Assembly (NCBI GenBank): GCA_964035545.1
Contig: OZ037771.1
Span: forward strand, 3,669,628 to 3,733,627
Source: Bugula neritina
Taxonomy: Eukaryota > Animalia > Bryozoa
Length of the DNA: 64,000 nucleotides
Direction: 5' to 3'
This document shows, one piece after another, positions 1 to 14,600 of this stretch (positions are counted from its first letter, which is position 1; each line of letters starts with the position of its first letter). Under the pieces are notes generated by a model. It made no database searches. It worked only from the letters and a program-made list of their open reading frames with translations, and was not told the DNA's origin. Both the position numbers and the translations under genes were made by a program.

Positions 1-600
<600 letters not shown>

Positions 601-658
601 GACATGCATACACTGAATACATTTTTTTGTTCATCACATGGTATATTGTTGTATTTAG

Positions 659-1415
659 AAATGCTGGAAGCAAATATCTTTTTGATAAGACTTATCAGCA
701 TTTTCGATCTGGAGGCAAACGGCAGGATCTACGCCTCAGGGACACTGAGGCTACATTGTGGAAGGAATCTTACTACGAGCAAGGTTAATAATAATTTTAA
801 TAAAAGCATTGTTTTGGAGCTATGTTCATAATACATGTATTTAATACTGATTACACTACATCGGGGAGAAGAGAGTTGGGAGAATTGTATGGTTAGCTCC
901 TCTGATAATAAACTGTACAAAAATGACTAATACACCCTGCAGTATGTTGATTGCTGTAGTGATGTGATTACTCAGTGGTCCTCGTGGTGTAATGGTTAGC
1001 AAGCGCCTGCTTGCAAGCCTAAGGTCTCGGGTTCGAATCCCAGTTGTGGCAAAATTATTTTATAGTTGCATGAAGAAATTTAGTGCACCTTGTTTTATAC
1101 CTATGACGAATGCTCCCTGCAGTACCCTGTTACATACCTTTAGGAGGTCTTAGGAACTCTAGTCTGATAAAGTCTCACTTGATATCCGCCCACATTCCAT
1201 TCCTACCTCTGGAAAGGAGCCATGTTATATCATGTATACACAATGAGATCAACTCTAAGAACTACTCAGTCTCTAGCCACTTGACTGAGATAACCAATCA
1301 GGTGCTAGCAGAACTTACCTTCACTCCTGCTAATGAACTGATTTACTCTACCACTGGCTGTAAGCGGGTATACGAAAAGGTTAATTTAGTAATAGAAGAT
1401 TATGCTGAAGAGTGA
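659..1415 (+). CDS. Torsin family AAA+ ATPase (torsin-1A/1B-like), last two exons; 5' part lies upstream of the window
   Basis: Exons 659-783 ([30 protein letters not shown]...) and 1144-1415 ([32 protein letters not shown]...LAELTFTP...YSTTGCKRV), phase-compatible with GT/AG ends. Matches torsin motifs SNAG, SSLI..LI...VPFLPLE and the GCK sensor-2. Confidence 0.92.
977..1050 (+). mobile_element. tRNA-like SINE head or tRNA pseudogene in the last torsin intron
   Basis: A box TGGTGTAATGG and B box GGTTCGAATCC at tRNA spacing, but acceptor and anticodon stems do not pair. Confidence 0.6.
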
Positions 1416-2132
1416 TTGTGCATGTTGGGAATTTTTAGTTTTTTAGTTGATGAGAATCTTGTACGTTGTACCAAAGCATGAAATATGTAAATCTTCAATA
1501 GTTTGATAGCAAAGTGAACAAGTATCATCTGCGACATAAGTCTGATAGGAAAGTTGTATTAAACTTCCTGTAATCACAGTTTAACTCCAGCAACTTGGTA
1601 GGTTTTGATGAACTTATTTGTGTAATGTGTATTTTTGCAAGTATTTATATTTAATCCTGATTTAACAGCTTTTTTAATTATTCTATGTATTGCTATGACC
1701 ACAGATTATGTACTTTACAGAGTTATTAAAATATTCAAGGTAGGATGTTGTAAATTTTATACAAATACAGTAAAGGTCTCTGCTTATTTCATTTTTTGAC
1801 ACGAAAATTTCAAAAAATATTAAATTTTCTAGGGATAAAATGAACCTGTGTACTTTGGGTCAGGGTGGCTGTATTTAGTTGTTAGGCTTTGCTAATCATT
1901 ATGCTAAAACTCGCTACTTTTCTTCAAGTATAACATTTGAATTTAAGTTTAAATAATATAACAGTTGCTGGTTGTACCAACTATACCAGTTTGGATACGC
2001 AATATTTCAATGGTGGCGCTATTAAAGCACTAAGGGTGTGCAACTAGAATCTTTGACCCCATTTGTTTTAGGTTTATACAGTGTTAAACTATTCACAAAT
2101 ATTTCGTATATGAGTTCAATACAACATAAATG

Positions 2133-2345
2133 GAAGCTGTGTGGTCTAGTGGTTAGAGCATTTTCCTTAGTAAACTCAAGGTCAGTAAAGGCCATTGGTG
2201 ATGTTGGGAAGAGCATTCAGTCATACTTGCTCCTGCGCCACAATAGCAAAAAAAGGCCTTTTGCCTGCCTTAAAAGACTGACAAACCCTTATCATCAGGG
2301 TTTCTTATAGGGATGGTGACTATAAACCCACTAGGGCTTTTTTAT
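2133..2345 (+). mobile_element. tRNA-Thr(AGT)-derived SINE copy
   Basis: GTGGTCTAGTGGTTAGAGC...CTTAGTAAAC head, GGTGATGTTGGGAAGAGCATTCAGTC body and GGATGGTGACTATAAA end, shared with other copies in the window. Confidence 0.8.
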
Positions 2346-2784
2346 AAATGTAACATGAATATAGCGTATCAAGGGTTCTTTAAAATTCGCAATTTCAACT
2401 GTTTATAAAAGAATCAAGTAAAACTGATAACTTGGTAAACATTATATTTTTCTAGCATTTTCTATCCACCGAGTTTCAGTTTTTTGAAGTCACCTGCCAA
2501 TTGTTTACACTGGTATTAACTAAAAAGCAATAAAAATGTGTATTATATATTCATGCCAACAAATCCGATAATCTAAGATTACTGCGATCAATATTTAAAT
2601 AGGGGCTTAGAGTAACACAATGAACTACTAATGTGTGCTAGCAGTGACTAAAACAATGCAGAAATGAAAATTATTTTCATAGCTTATAAAGAGATAAGTT
2701 TCACTCTCACATAATGTCCCTCTGCTCTTTCTTCATTTATCCCATTCTTCATTTCGATGGGAAACCTCCGAGCATAGACACGCT

Positions 2785-5700
2785 ATGAAAAGGTAAGGGG
2801 CATTATTGCTATCTTTCGCAAGATCATTTATATTTAGTAAAAGTTTTAATTACTTTTGTTTCATTATTTGAATAAGAAACAACACGCAAAATATTTTGTA
2901 AAACTTTTTGCGAACTGTGATATATTTAAATATTTTGATTATAATTGAAAATTTTTTTTTCTGTTTTTGAAACTTTTTTATAAGCTTTTAAAAGTAAAAT
3001 TTGTTTTATTTTTGACAGGAAAAGTATTCCTGCAGCATTTGGCTTCTTGCCAACAGCAACTGGCCTCTGTATTGTGCTTTTGATCAGCATTTCTTTGGTA
3101 TCTGGAGGAGGTAGGCGTATCACATATTAACTAGAAGTGTAGATTAGATTATATTATATTTTCATAAGTAGTATTATACATATATGCATCTGTTGCTGAT
3201 AGGTAGACTAAGTTCTTGATTTATAAATTTTTGATTCCAAATAGTTATATAGAAAATTTTATGAAGTGTGAAAACAATTATATACATTATAATGCAATTA
3301 TGTATTGTATTTATTGTAATGATGCTGTGCCATAAACAAATTACATGGTCTTTATTTTATGAAAAAGGGTTGACGAAGTAACTGCAATAAATTATACATT
3401 AAAACTAAATTTGTTTTGATTTATCATAAGCCAAGTTTATTTCACAAACATTTGAAATTAATACACTACTCTTGTTATATGTTTCTTGAAAATAAAATTC
3501 TTTTGAAATTTTTTTAACATGATTATGGTGAAAGCCGTCGTCTCATCATAATTTCCTCCAAGATTTAGAGATCTCAAAGAGAGTATTTTATTTTACTGAT
3601 TTAGTCAACAAACTTTCTAAACTTGGTTTTTTTTAGCACAAAAATTCTTAACAACCAACAATTTTTTGAATTTATTTGCAGTTCCGGACAATGAAGGCAC
3701 TGAATTCATATTTGCGTTTGGCTCAAATTATGATAACAGTGGAGGGACACTAGAGGTCTTTGTGACGACGAGGAAAGCTGGTCCAGTGACCTTCAGCTAC
3801 ACTCAGTATGGAACTACTCGGGTCTGTTTTAACACTCTTGTTTAGAACCTGTGAATAATAATGCAGGTGCAGGGGTATAGAAATTTTAATAACCCAAGTT
3901 TTCGATTTTTTCACTAGTTGTTTGTTTTGGGGTGTGGGCTAAATTCATTTGCTAAATTTCTAATCTAGAAAATAGGCTTTTCTCAATTTCTCTTTTGTTG
4001 AACTTACTTCCTCGAAATTTTCTTTATTAGATATATTTATTTGTAACTAAAAGATTTTAACTCACCATGCACCTTACATCTACAGCACAACCAGCTCTGT
4101 AACTGTTTTTAATTTGGATTCATCAATATTGAAGCATTACTTTTATATTCTTTTAAGTATCTATTCTATAAATTTATGAATTGTTCACATCTATTTTGTG
4201 TCAAGCGACAACAAATTATCTGATTTTTAATAATTCCACTAAATTGTAACTATAATAGTATCATGAGCAATATCTGAAGTTCTTTGTTTTCACTTCCTTG
4301 GTGTAAAATAATAATTATATCCCGTTTTATAAAAAGTCCGCCACAGTATCAGCTGGAGATGTCTTTGAATACCAAGTTTCCAGTGATGAGAGAATGACTC
4401 CCAATACTGGAGCCACGGTTGAATCTAAAGCCCAAATAATCACGGCTGAAGATGAAGTCATTGTCTACGCCAGCAACAAACAGGTAAAAATAATATTTCT
4501 TTATTCCAGCAAAACGTCAAGTAAAATATATTTATATAAATTTACTCTTTCTCTGGTTTGTGCACACTTTGTAAATTATTCAACTTGTGTTTTATTAGTA
4601 TAACTCACAATTCAGACTATGAAGCTTATAAAGTAAATTTGAATTGTAGAGCTGGGAAAGTATTAGCTAGTATTTTAGACTGTTGGCATCTTCACACACA
4701 AATCCTGCAGTAAATATAGTTGTAATTGACAAAAGTCAAATTTGTTGAAATACTGGCAGCAATGGTGCTAGTAAATTCTTATTGAACACTTGGAAATTAT
4801 CTTCTAAAACCTATCAGATAGACATAGCTCTGTTAAATCACAGGTGTTATGAGGCTAAATATAAAACTGTGTCCAATTTCTGATTCAACAGCCATTGGTA
4901 GACAAAGTGACCTTTGCCTTGTTCAGGTGAATTTCATCTCGATTGATGAGGATTGTTTTTATATTAGAGTAAAAGTGCTGACGCATTTCTAGCGCTGCCA
5001 GCTGACATCCTTGGGACGGACTACGTAGTGCCAGGGTGGGAAACAAATATCCAGAGTTACGGTGGCTCAATGGTCTGTAAGTATGATACAAACTTGTGTT
5101 GTGTTACAATATCATTAATTTTGTACTAAATTGTTTTTTTTATTTTACATCACAGAACATTCTTAATGCGTTTTGCATTTTTTAAACCAACCAGGTTTGT
5201 AAGCCTATATTAGGTGCTTCAAAACATGATGCAGCAGAATTAATTTTTTTTTTTATTAGTCTTTTGCATTCTTTTGAAAATATTTAAGTAGTTTCATGGT
5301 TAAATCACTTTTTAGAGGGTTTTAGGCTTTTCTCTGTGCACTGTTTAGAGGTGGCGGTTATGCAGGTTAAACTGGTTACAGTAAATGGTAATCATGGACA
5401 CCATTATAGATATGCCAGCAAGTAAATAACAGTTTCATCACTATTTTAATGTTTAAATTAATTTTAATTTTCTAAGAATTCAAGTTTTTATTGCGTTGAA
5501 AGGTTTTAATACAAAAGCCATTTATTTTGATTACATCAAGCATGCAAGCAGAGTCGAAATAATGTTTATTATATAGTTAAGAAAGTTTGGTCCTTCTTTT
5601 AGATAAAAAATTAATAATCAAAAGTGTTACTTTAGCCATTGGAAATGCCAAACCAAAGTCTTTTAAAAACCAAAAAGTTCAGAAATCAATGAAAAGTCTA

Positions 5701-8454
5701 ATTTTAATCTATAATATTATTGGATTGAAGCTGCAATAAAATTTTAGCTAAGTTAAAATGTTTTATGTACAACAAGTTTGAAATGTTTCACTGCTAATTT
5801 CATAGTCAAATATTTTGTAACAAAATTTTGTTGGAAAGCTGGTTTATTCAAAGCCATCTTTTTGTTTTTGAAGACATCAATGTTTTTATATCAAGTAACT
5901 CTAGACAATCAGCAGTGACCTGAATATTCTCAAATGCAATCCATCCCGATTTATGTAACGCCGACCTCTTTTTATATATTGATTAAATCTAGAATTTAGT
6001 GACATATATTGAGAACAATGATATACCTTTCAGTCATAAAGTGACTGAAAATGATTCCCGTTCTTACAATTTGCATGTGTGTATATTTATTTTTACAAAA
6101 CAAAACGTGCTCGTTTTACAGAAATTTATTTTATAAATGTTTAGTAAGCAGCACGCTGTCTGTACAGAAATGAGAGACGCTGGTCAATTGCGTCAATTTT
6201 ATTATTTAATTTCAAATATGATCATTGAAAAAGTCACTTCTTATTTCAAGTTAGATTTTAGCTGACCCTTCCAATGTTTGTTGAACATGCCAGGCGTGTG
6301 CATGTGTTAATAAAATAATGATATTTGTCAAACACAAATGCTAGGTATATCACCTACCTATACTATTTGTTTTACGTGGCAACAAAACAATTATATAACT
6401 ACTGCAGTGACCTATCTGCAACCAGCTGAATGCAGGACTGAGCCAGTAAACAATAGGGTTCAAGTTTTTTCCCAATTAAGAAAAATATGTATGTGCTGAG
6501 ACAATTTTCTGGTTACCACTCAATAGTTCTTTCAACATTGTAAGTTTGCTAGAATTTCAAAAAAATTTTTGCAAAATTGTTTATTTCAGACTCAGTAATT
6601 TTACCAATACTTTTCTGAAAGCATTTTTTTGTGACTAATATTTGTATCTTATAAGTAGAAAACTGGGGAAGGCGATTTTTAAACTAAAATAATTATCAAA
6701 TATCAGATTTGTAACACCTAGTAAGCTTAATAAAAATTTATTTTTGAAGTGTTTGTAAGAATGGCTTAGACAGTAGTCAGCAAAGTGCTCACCTGTATAA
6801 CAGCAGCACGTGCTGCCTCTACAGTGCTGCCTCTGCAGTGCTGCTTCTACAGTGCTGCCTCTCCAGTGCTGCTTGTCAGAATATGCTACATACGTGTATT
6901 AGCTTTGTCAAGTCAATGCATTACTTAATGGTGAATAGGAATGCATGAGAATTGCATTTGTTACAGTAATCAGTCCAGTTGAAGACAACACGCAAGTGAC
7001 CATAACTCTCAGAGGTACTCAAATTGACTCATTCACACTGAACAGAGGGCAAGTGTACCAGTATCTCATGCCATACGCATCTTCCGGCCGGCGAAAACGG
7101 GACGTACCAAAACGAGTGAAAAGAGGATATCGGCTGTTTAGTAGGTCATACAGGAGCAGCAGCAGCAGCAGCAGTAGTGGTACATGCAGTCCTTCAGCAA
7201 GCACTAGTAAGTAAACATAAAATGTATATATTTCTCCTATGTTTAGTGTTTTATTCTAAATGCTTGGTTTTAGCACCAGCAATATCTGTGGCAGACAGAC
7301 TATTTCTTGTATTAAGTTTCTCAAAAGTATCTATAATTTCATAAACACTTACAATTTACTATTGCTTTTTATTAAAATTGAAATTCATGATTATTTAGAA
7401 AGTAAGTATGTGGCCTTCTGTTTATCATAAAACTGTTACAAATGTTTTTATATTGTACGAATGCATTAAATTTGAAGGTCAGTTTTTCTCAGTAAGCTGT
7501 ATAAAAAGAGACAAGTGAATATTTATACTGCTGCATTGTGACTTGAAAAGCCATTCAGACGCTCTATCTGGTTTATATGTTTAAGAGTGTTTCCCTGCCC
7601 CACCAGGAATCAAACCTCCTTAACTTACAAGCCAGTATGCTAACAACTACACTACACTACTGGGAATCTCAACACCACCTGGCACAAAAGCATCCGCAAT
7701 TATAAAACAGCTTGAAGTATTATTAATTAAGCATTGATGTTTCATTGCATAATATTTTTTTTTACACTAACAATTATGATGTGCCTTAAGAAAACTTGAT
7801 AATGTCCATTCTAAAGATTATAAAATTTTCTGCTCTGTAGAAATAGATTTTTTGATGTAGAGAAGTAAAGCTGGTCAATAAATATGTATCCTTTAAGCTG
7901 CCAGAATATTATAATTAAATATGTGTACCTTCATTTATTATCAAATTCATTTTAACAAAGATTTTCTACAATAAGAATATGCATTTGAATTTCAGGCTCG
8001 TCTACTAATGACATCACCGGAGCAAGGATCCAATCAGATAAGCCTATAGCAGTAATGTCTGGTAAGCATGCTCAACAGACTGATGATATCCTACTTAGTG
8101 TAGATAATCAGTTTTGAATTTGTCTCCTCTTTGATCATTTAAACAAACCACTGCCTTGTTTTTCTCACTAAAACAGCTCCGCACTTTGACAGTAAATTAA
8201 GTATAATTAATAGAGACAATTAGCCTACTGTATACACGTGTCTGAGAGAGAAGTTATGCAATGTTCTGTGGTAAACAGGTAACCGAAGATGTTACATCGG
8301 GAACAGTGGTTCCAGTGACCACATTGTGGAGATGATTCCACCAGTGAACACACTGGGTAGAGAATTCCTGCTCAGTAACTTCTTTGAAAGGAAATGTGAT
8401 CCACTCCGAATTATAAGTAAATTATATTCCTTTATCTGTGTGGACATTGTCTGT

Positions 8455-8517
<63 letters not shown>

Positions 8518-8613
8518 GTATATACATACGCATACACATACGCATACACATACATACACATACACATATACATATATACACATATATATATACATATACA
8601 TATACATATATAT

Positions 8614-8683
<70 letters not shown>

Positions 8684-11600
8684 GTATATGTATATACATA
8701 TATATTTATATATATATTTTTTATATATTTATATATATATTATTTGTATCTACATAAACTAACTACAACTAAGAAATTGTCCCCTCTAGGTGGAAGTGAC
8801 TCTAGTGTCACAGTAAACATCTACCAGTCTACCTCCGGCACCACCACCACCAAGACGCTGACCCAGTTTGGAGAGTTTGAGCAGCTGACGACAGGGCAGG
8901 ATGACTTGCTACACATCAGCGCCTCTGGACCAATCCTCGTTGCACAGTACTCCTTCACGTGTGAGTGATTACCTCGTAGTCTTGTTTCACCAGTCTCGTG
9001 TTGCTCACATTGTATCCAACGCATCGCATTTCTACTGCAGATAAGGTTGACAGCGCTGACTCTGACCCTATGATGGCCGTTGTCCCGCCTAAGGAACAGT
9101 ATGGTAACTACTACACCTTCACCACACCTAAAGGCGTTAGTGCTGACTACAGGTAACTGGCATCAGCGTCTACAAAACAGTAAATACAAAACTACCCTTA
9201 GTTCAAGTGTACAAGCTGACATATACAATTACAAGTCTTTTTTCTATACTAATTCAAAGCACTTCGACTAGTCTAAAATTTGATTGCATGCAGCTTGGTT
9301 GTATTTTTTATTTACCATCTATAATTTTTAATTTATGATAATTTTGTTTAGAAATATGGTTTTTAGTGCTACACTATAACTCGTACTGTGCTGTATTTTC
9401 CATCAAATTTCACAATATTGTACGATAAAAGGCATTGAAAAAATGTTTACTGCTGATAAAGTGATATTCTGATTTTACTAATTAGTGCGTAATAAAATGT
9501 TATAGTTAATAAAAGTACTATAATACTATATATAGTAATATAGTATATAATAAGATATTATTATATGATACCTAAAATGATTTTCCACCTCATCTGAAGT
9601 ACCTATAGTCAGGTGAATAGAAAACGCAGTCACTGCCTTCCCTTTGCTTAAGCTCGTATGGATGGATTTGATATTGCGGTTTCATTCAATGCAAATGCTC
9701 TCAAACATTGAATGAAAATTCCAATCTCATAATGCAAAGCAATGAGAACGCAGTGAATAACTGAGATCATACAGCACAGTTTATTATACATACGATGTTG
9801 AATCATGGATTTGTGCAGCTTTCTCCTATTCTGTATCTTCAGGAATTATATTAACATTGTGGTGAACACAACGTATGTGTCGGGGATTTATCTCAACGGT
9901 ATCCAAATCACTGCACTGCTGTCTAACCCTGGATCCACTATAACTGAGAATTGCTGGGTAAGGAGAGATCAATTTTGTGATTAAGTATGATGTACAAGTG
10001 TTACTATTAGAAACGAATTTTTAACTTGTAGTGATGCTTTATCTTTCATTTACGACTTTAGGATAAGATTTTTATAGTCTTATTGAAGAATATATTTTAT
10101 CTTTAAAACTCAAAAAAGACTGGCAATATTGTGCTAAGGTCGTTTACCTTTTTGTATTATTTTATTAAAATTGGTTTAGTTCTATTGAGTTATACTCAAA
10201 GACAGTATTATAATTTAAACTCTATTTATTTGATTCAACCAGAAAAATGCTGTTTATGCAAATAATAAACAAGTATGTATTGAATGTAATAAATAGCAAG
10301 GCATGTCGGTATTAATAAAAACAGAAAATGAAATTATAAGTAAAGGCGCAGTTAACCCATCAACAGAGATGGAAAAGAGTAATACGTAATCTTGTTGCAT
10401 CATTTTGATCCATAGCTTTACACACATTTTAAGAGTTGGTGCTTTCAACAGTTTCTTATAGTGCTAAATTTCTACTTCACACATTACCAAGCTGAACAGT
10501 ATATGATTTGGACACTTTAGGCTGATTGAGTGTTTACAATAGACTATACATCTTGATACACAACATGTTGCTAATCCATTTAGATAATCTGAAAGTGGCC
10601 TCAATGATTGTGCCATAACTATACTATACTATTTGTGGATCCTATACCTAAAGGTTTAACATGTGCGCCTTGTATGATTGGTTTAGGCTCAGTCAAGCTG
10701 GCAGCCGATTGGTTCGACTGGATACTCGGCCAGAACACTGGGGATCCTTCATGGAACACACAGCGTATCCCATAGCAACCCAACTGTTACTTTCAATGCA
10801 ATGATGTATGGACAGGTTCAATATGAGTCTTATGGATTTCCCGCAGGTCTGCGTTCACTGGCAGTGCTTTAATGTATTATGTGTTTTGTTTTAATTCTGT
10901 TTTTACAATGGAATGCTCAAGCACTAATTTTGTTGGTAACATCTGTTTCATTAATATTTAAACATTTGGTGGGAGATACTGTTGAAAAACTAGATTGATC
11001 TAGCATTCTATATAAAATCACAGAATTAACAACATTTAAAATACAAATAGCCTCACAATATATGCATGAAATTTTGTTTTTAAAACCTAGGAACCAGACT
11101 GGCTTCTATCGGTGATTACTGTGTACAGTCTGCAAATTCAGCCAATGATGGAAAAGACAATGACTGTGACGGAAGAATCGATGAAGAAATAGCAAATGGC
11201 GTGGATGATGATGGAGATGGACTTGTTGGTTAGTGACTTTGAAACTTACACTTGGCTATTATTTCTCCAATCTGTGCTCTTCAACACTAACTCTCAACTT
11301 GCGCTGACTGTTTTATTTCAGATGAAGATTTGTCTGCTAATGATGATTTCCCGGCACCAACTACTACAACTACAACGCCAACCACTACAACTACAACGCC
11401 AACCACTACAACTACAACGCCAACCACTACAACTACAACTACAACGCCAACCACTACAACTACAACGCCAACCACTACAACTACAACGCCAACCACTACA
11501 ACTACAACGCCAACCACTACAACTACAACGCCAACCACTACAACTACAACGCCAACAACTACAACTACAACGCCAACTACTACAACTACAACGCCAACAA

Positions 11601-14600
11601 CTACAACTACAACGCCAACCACTACAACTACAACGCCAACTACTACAACTACAACTACTACAACGCCAACTACTACTACTACAACGCCAATTACTACAAC
11701 TACAACGCCAACCACTACTACAACAACGCCAACCACCACAACTACAACGCCAACCACTACAACTACAACGCCAACCACTACAACTACAACTCCAACCACT
11801 ACAACTACAACGCCAACCACTACAACTACAACGCCAACCACTACAACTACAACTCCAACCACTACAACTACAACTCCAACTACTACAACTACAACTCCAA
11901 CTACTACAACTACAACGCCAACCACTACAACTACAACTCCAACCACTACAACTACAACTCCAACTACTACAACTACAACTCCAACTACTACAACTACAAC
12001 GCCTACAACTACTACAACGCCAACTACTACAACTACAACGCCTACAACTACTACAACTCCAACAACTACAACGACAACGCCAACCACTACAACGCCAACT
12101 ATAACTACTACAACGCCAACTATAACTACTACAAGCCCAACTACTACAAGCCCAACTATTACAACTCCAACTACAACAACTACAACGCCAACTACTACAA
12201 CTTCAACAACCACAACTACAACTCCAACAACCACCACAACTACAACTTCAACTCCAACAGCGTCAACAATTACAACTTCAGCAATTGCAACTCCAACCAC
12301 AACTCCAACGACCACAACTCCAACGACCACAGCTCTAACAACTACAGTTCCAATGAGCCCAATTTCTATAACAGCTAAAGCAACAACAGCAGCTGAAAAT
12401 GCTGCTAATGATGCAGACACTTCTGATTTGGCTAATGCAGATACAAGTAATAGCTTAAGTAATAATAATATTGGGCTAGGTGACTCTGGTGATGCAAATG
12501 GCAAGTTAATATCTGCTGACACAGGTACAACTGAAAAGAGCACACCTGTAAATACAGGTACAAATGGCAAGAGCACATCTGTTGATACAGGTACAACTGA
12601 AAAGAGCACACCTGTAAATACAGGTACAACTGAAAAGAGCACACCTGTTAATACAGATACAGCTAAAAAGAGTACAACTGCTGATACAGGTACAAATGAA
12701 AAGAGCACATCTGTTAATACAGGTACAACTGAAAAGAGTACACCTGTGAATACAGGTACATCTGGCAAAAGTACACCTGCTAATGCAGCTACAAATGGCA
12801 AGAGCACATCTGTTAATACAGGTACAACTGAAAAGAGTACACCTGTGAATACAGGTACATCTGGCAAAAGTACACCTGCTAATGCAGCTACAAATGGCAA
12901 GAGCACACCTGTTGATACAGGTACAACTGAAAAAAGCACACCTGGTGAAACAGATAAGGCCTCTACTTCAGCTCAAGACAAACCTGTTGTAACCACACCA
13001 ATCCATCTAGCTGAAACCTCTACAGGTATTAAGATAAACCTCTATTCTATAAGTGGTGTGATAGATTATTATTGTAACATCAAGCTTTTACAGGTGCATA
13101 CCTTAATATCAGTGACCTTTTAGGGACGTAAGCAACCACTCCTTACCAGGGGACAAATAATCGTTCCTTACCTTTTCAGCTTTTATTTTAACTGGGAAAG
13201 CGCTTCAAATGTTCTCAAATCATTACTACAAATGTTAAAGGAGGAAGCAAAAAGTACCCTCAATTGTATTCCTTCTAAACTATCAATGTGTTGCATTAGT
13301 TAGAAGTTACTGAGATCAGACAAAACTGTACTATTCACAAATCAAATCTTAACTATAATTTCAAAGATGGTATTATTATTATTAAAATTAAATTATATAT
13401 GAAAAATTGAAATATATATTTGTAAACAGGAGATGTAAACAACTCTTTCTAATTTACTCTATGGCTTCTTTGTCAATTTTGTTAAATTCTCCTGTTCGTT
13501 TTTTAGGAGGTTTATTGGGCAGTCACAACCAGCAGGTTGGGGAACAAGTAGATCTTGCCACTGTGGTTCCTGCAACAACAGTACCAGCCCTGGTGGCCAT
13601 AGCTATTGCAACTGCTGCGGGTTGCTGCATTAAAGCAGCAATAACAAAAAGAAGGGTAGGCTTATTAGTAAAACATATTTATGCTTCAACGCAATAAAAA
13701 GTAAAAACTTGTAAAATTCTACGTTTTGTAGAAACTGTGTTGCTGTTTACAGTTTTTGCATCGCCGGCGCATAAACTGGTTAAATGTATGCTTTTAAATT
13801 TTATACAATGCTTATATGGAGCAGCCATGGTGTAATGGTTAGACCGCTGACTTAGTTAACATGAGGTCAGTGGTTGGATTTTACACACTGGCGGTGATGT
13901 TAGGAAGAGCATTCAGTCATAATTGTTCTTGAGTCTTGAGGCATATCAAAAAAGTCCTCAGCCCACTTTTAAAAACCATTTTCGTCAGAGTTTCTCTCAC
14001 GGATAGTGACTATAATCTGATATGAATTTTTGTATACGGTTACAACTTATTTCAGAAAAGGGAAGAAGAAGAGGAATTTGATAAAGCTCCTACAGACGAA
14101 GATGGGAATCCAATAAAGCCTATGTCTAGAGAGTCTACAGGTAACTAAGGCAATCTGAAACTAATACTTATTCAAAGCTGGCAAATAGTTTAGTACTAAA
14201 CCAGCAAGGTCTGTCGGGGGGGGGGGGGGGGGAACTAGGCAGTAGTGGCAGATGCAGGGCTAGTTTGTTGAACAGCTCTATTTCACCAACTATAATTTAT
14301 GATACGTAAGAAGCAGTCATGACCTAGTACGAAACAGGTCATGTGTTTGAGCTTCGGCAGTTGGTGAAGCCCAAAAGAGCATTCAGTCATAATGTGCCAC
14401 ATCACGAGCACTCAGATCATATTGTCAGCATGGGTAGAAAACCACTGTCATTCCATAAAGATTTAGACCAGTATTGTAGCATGAACAGTCCTAATTTTCA
14501 GCTAGTTGGGAAAAAACTTCTGCTGCTTGTATTGGCCAGCTAGTAGTTATATATAAACTAGTTTATACATGTTATTTTATTGATTGTTATCTCTCTCTCT

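Noticed and set aside
977-1050. Functional tRNA gene
   Set aside because: Acceptor and anticodon stems do not pair; treated as a SINE head or pseudogene.
9376-9790. Possible MITE (ACTGTGCTGTAT / ATACAGCACAGT inverted pair)
   Set aside because: Only a ~12-bp match, with no TSD or second copy visible.
11196-12939. 302-aa Q/L-rich ORF and 550-aa antisense Val-rich ORF
   Set aside because: Alternative-frame and antisense shadows of the Thr-codon mucin repeat.
14216-14232. Poly-G run (and poly-C at ~30357)
   Set aside because: Intronic homopolymers with no support for function.
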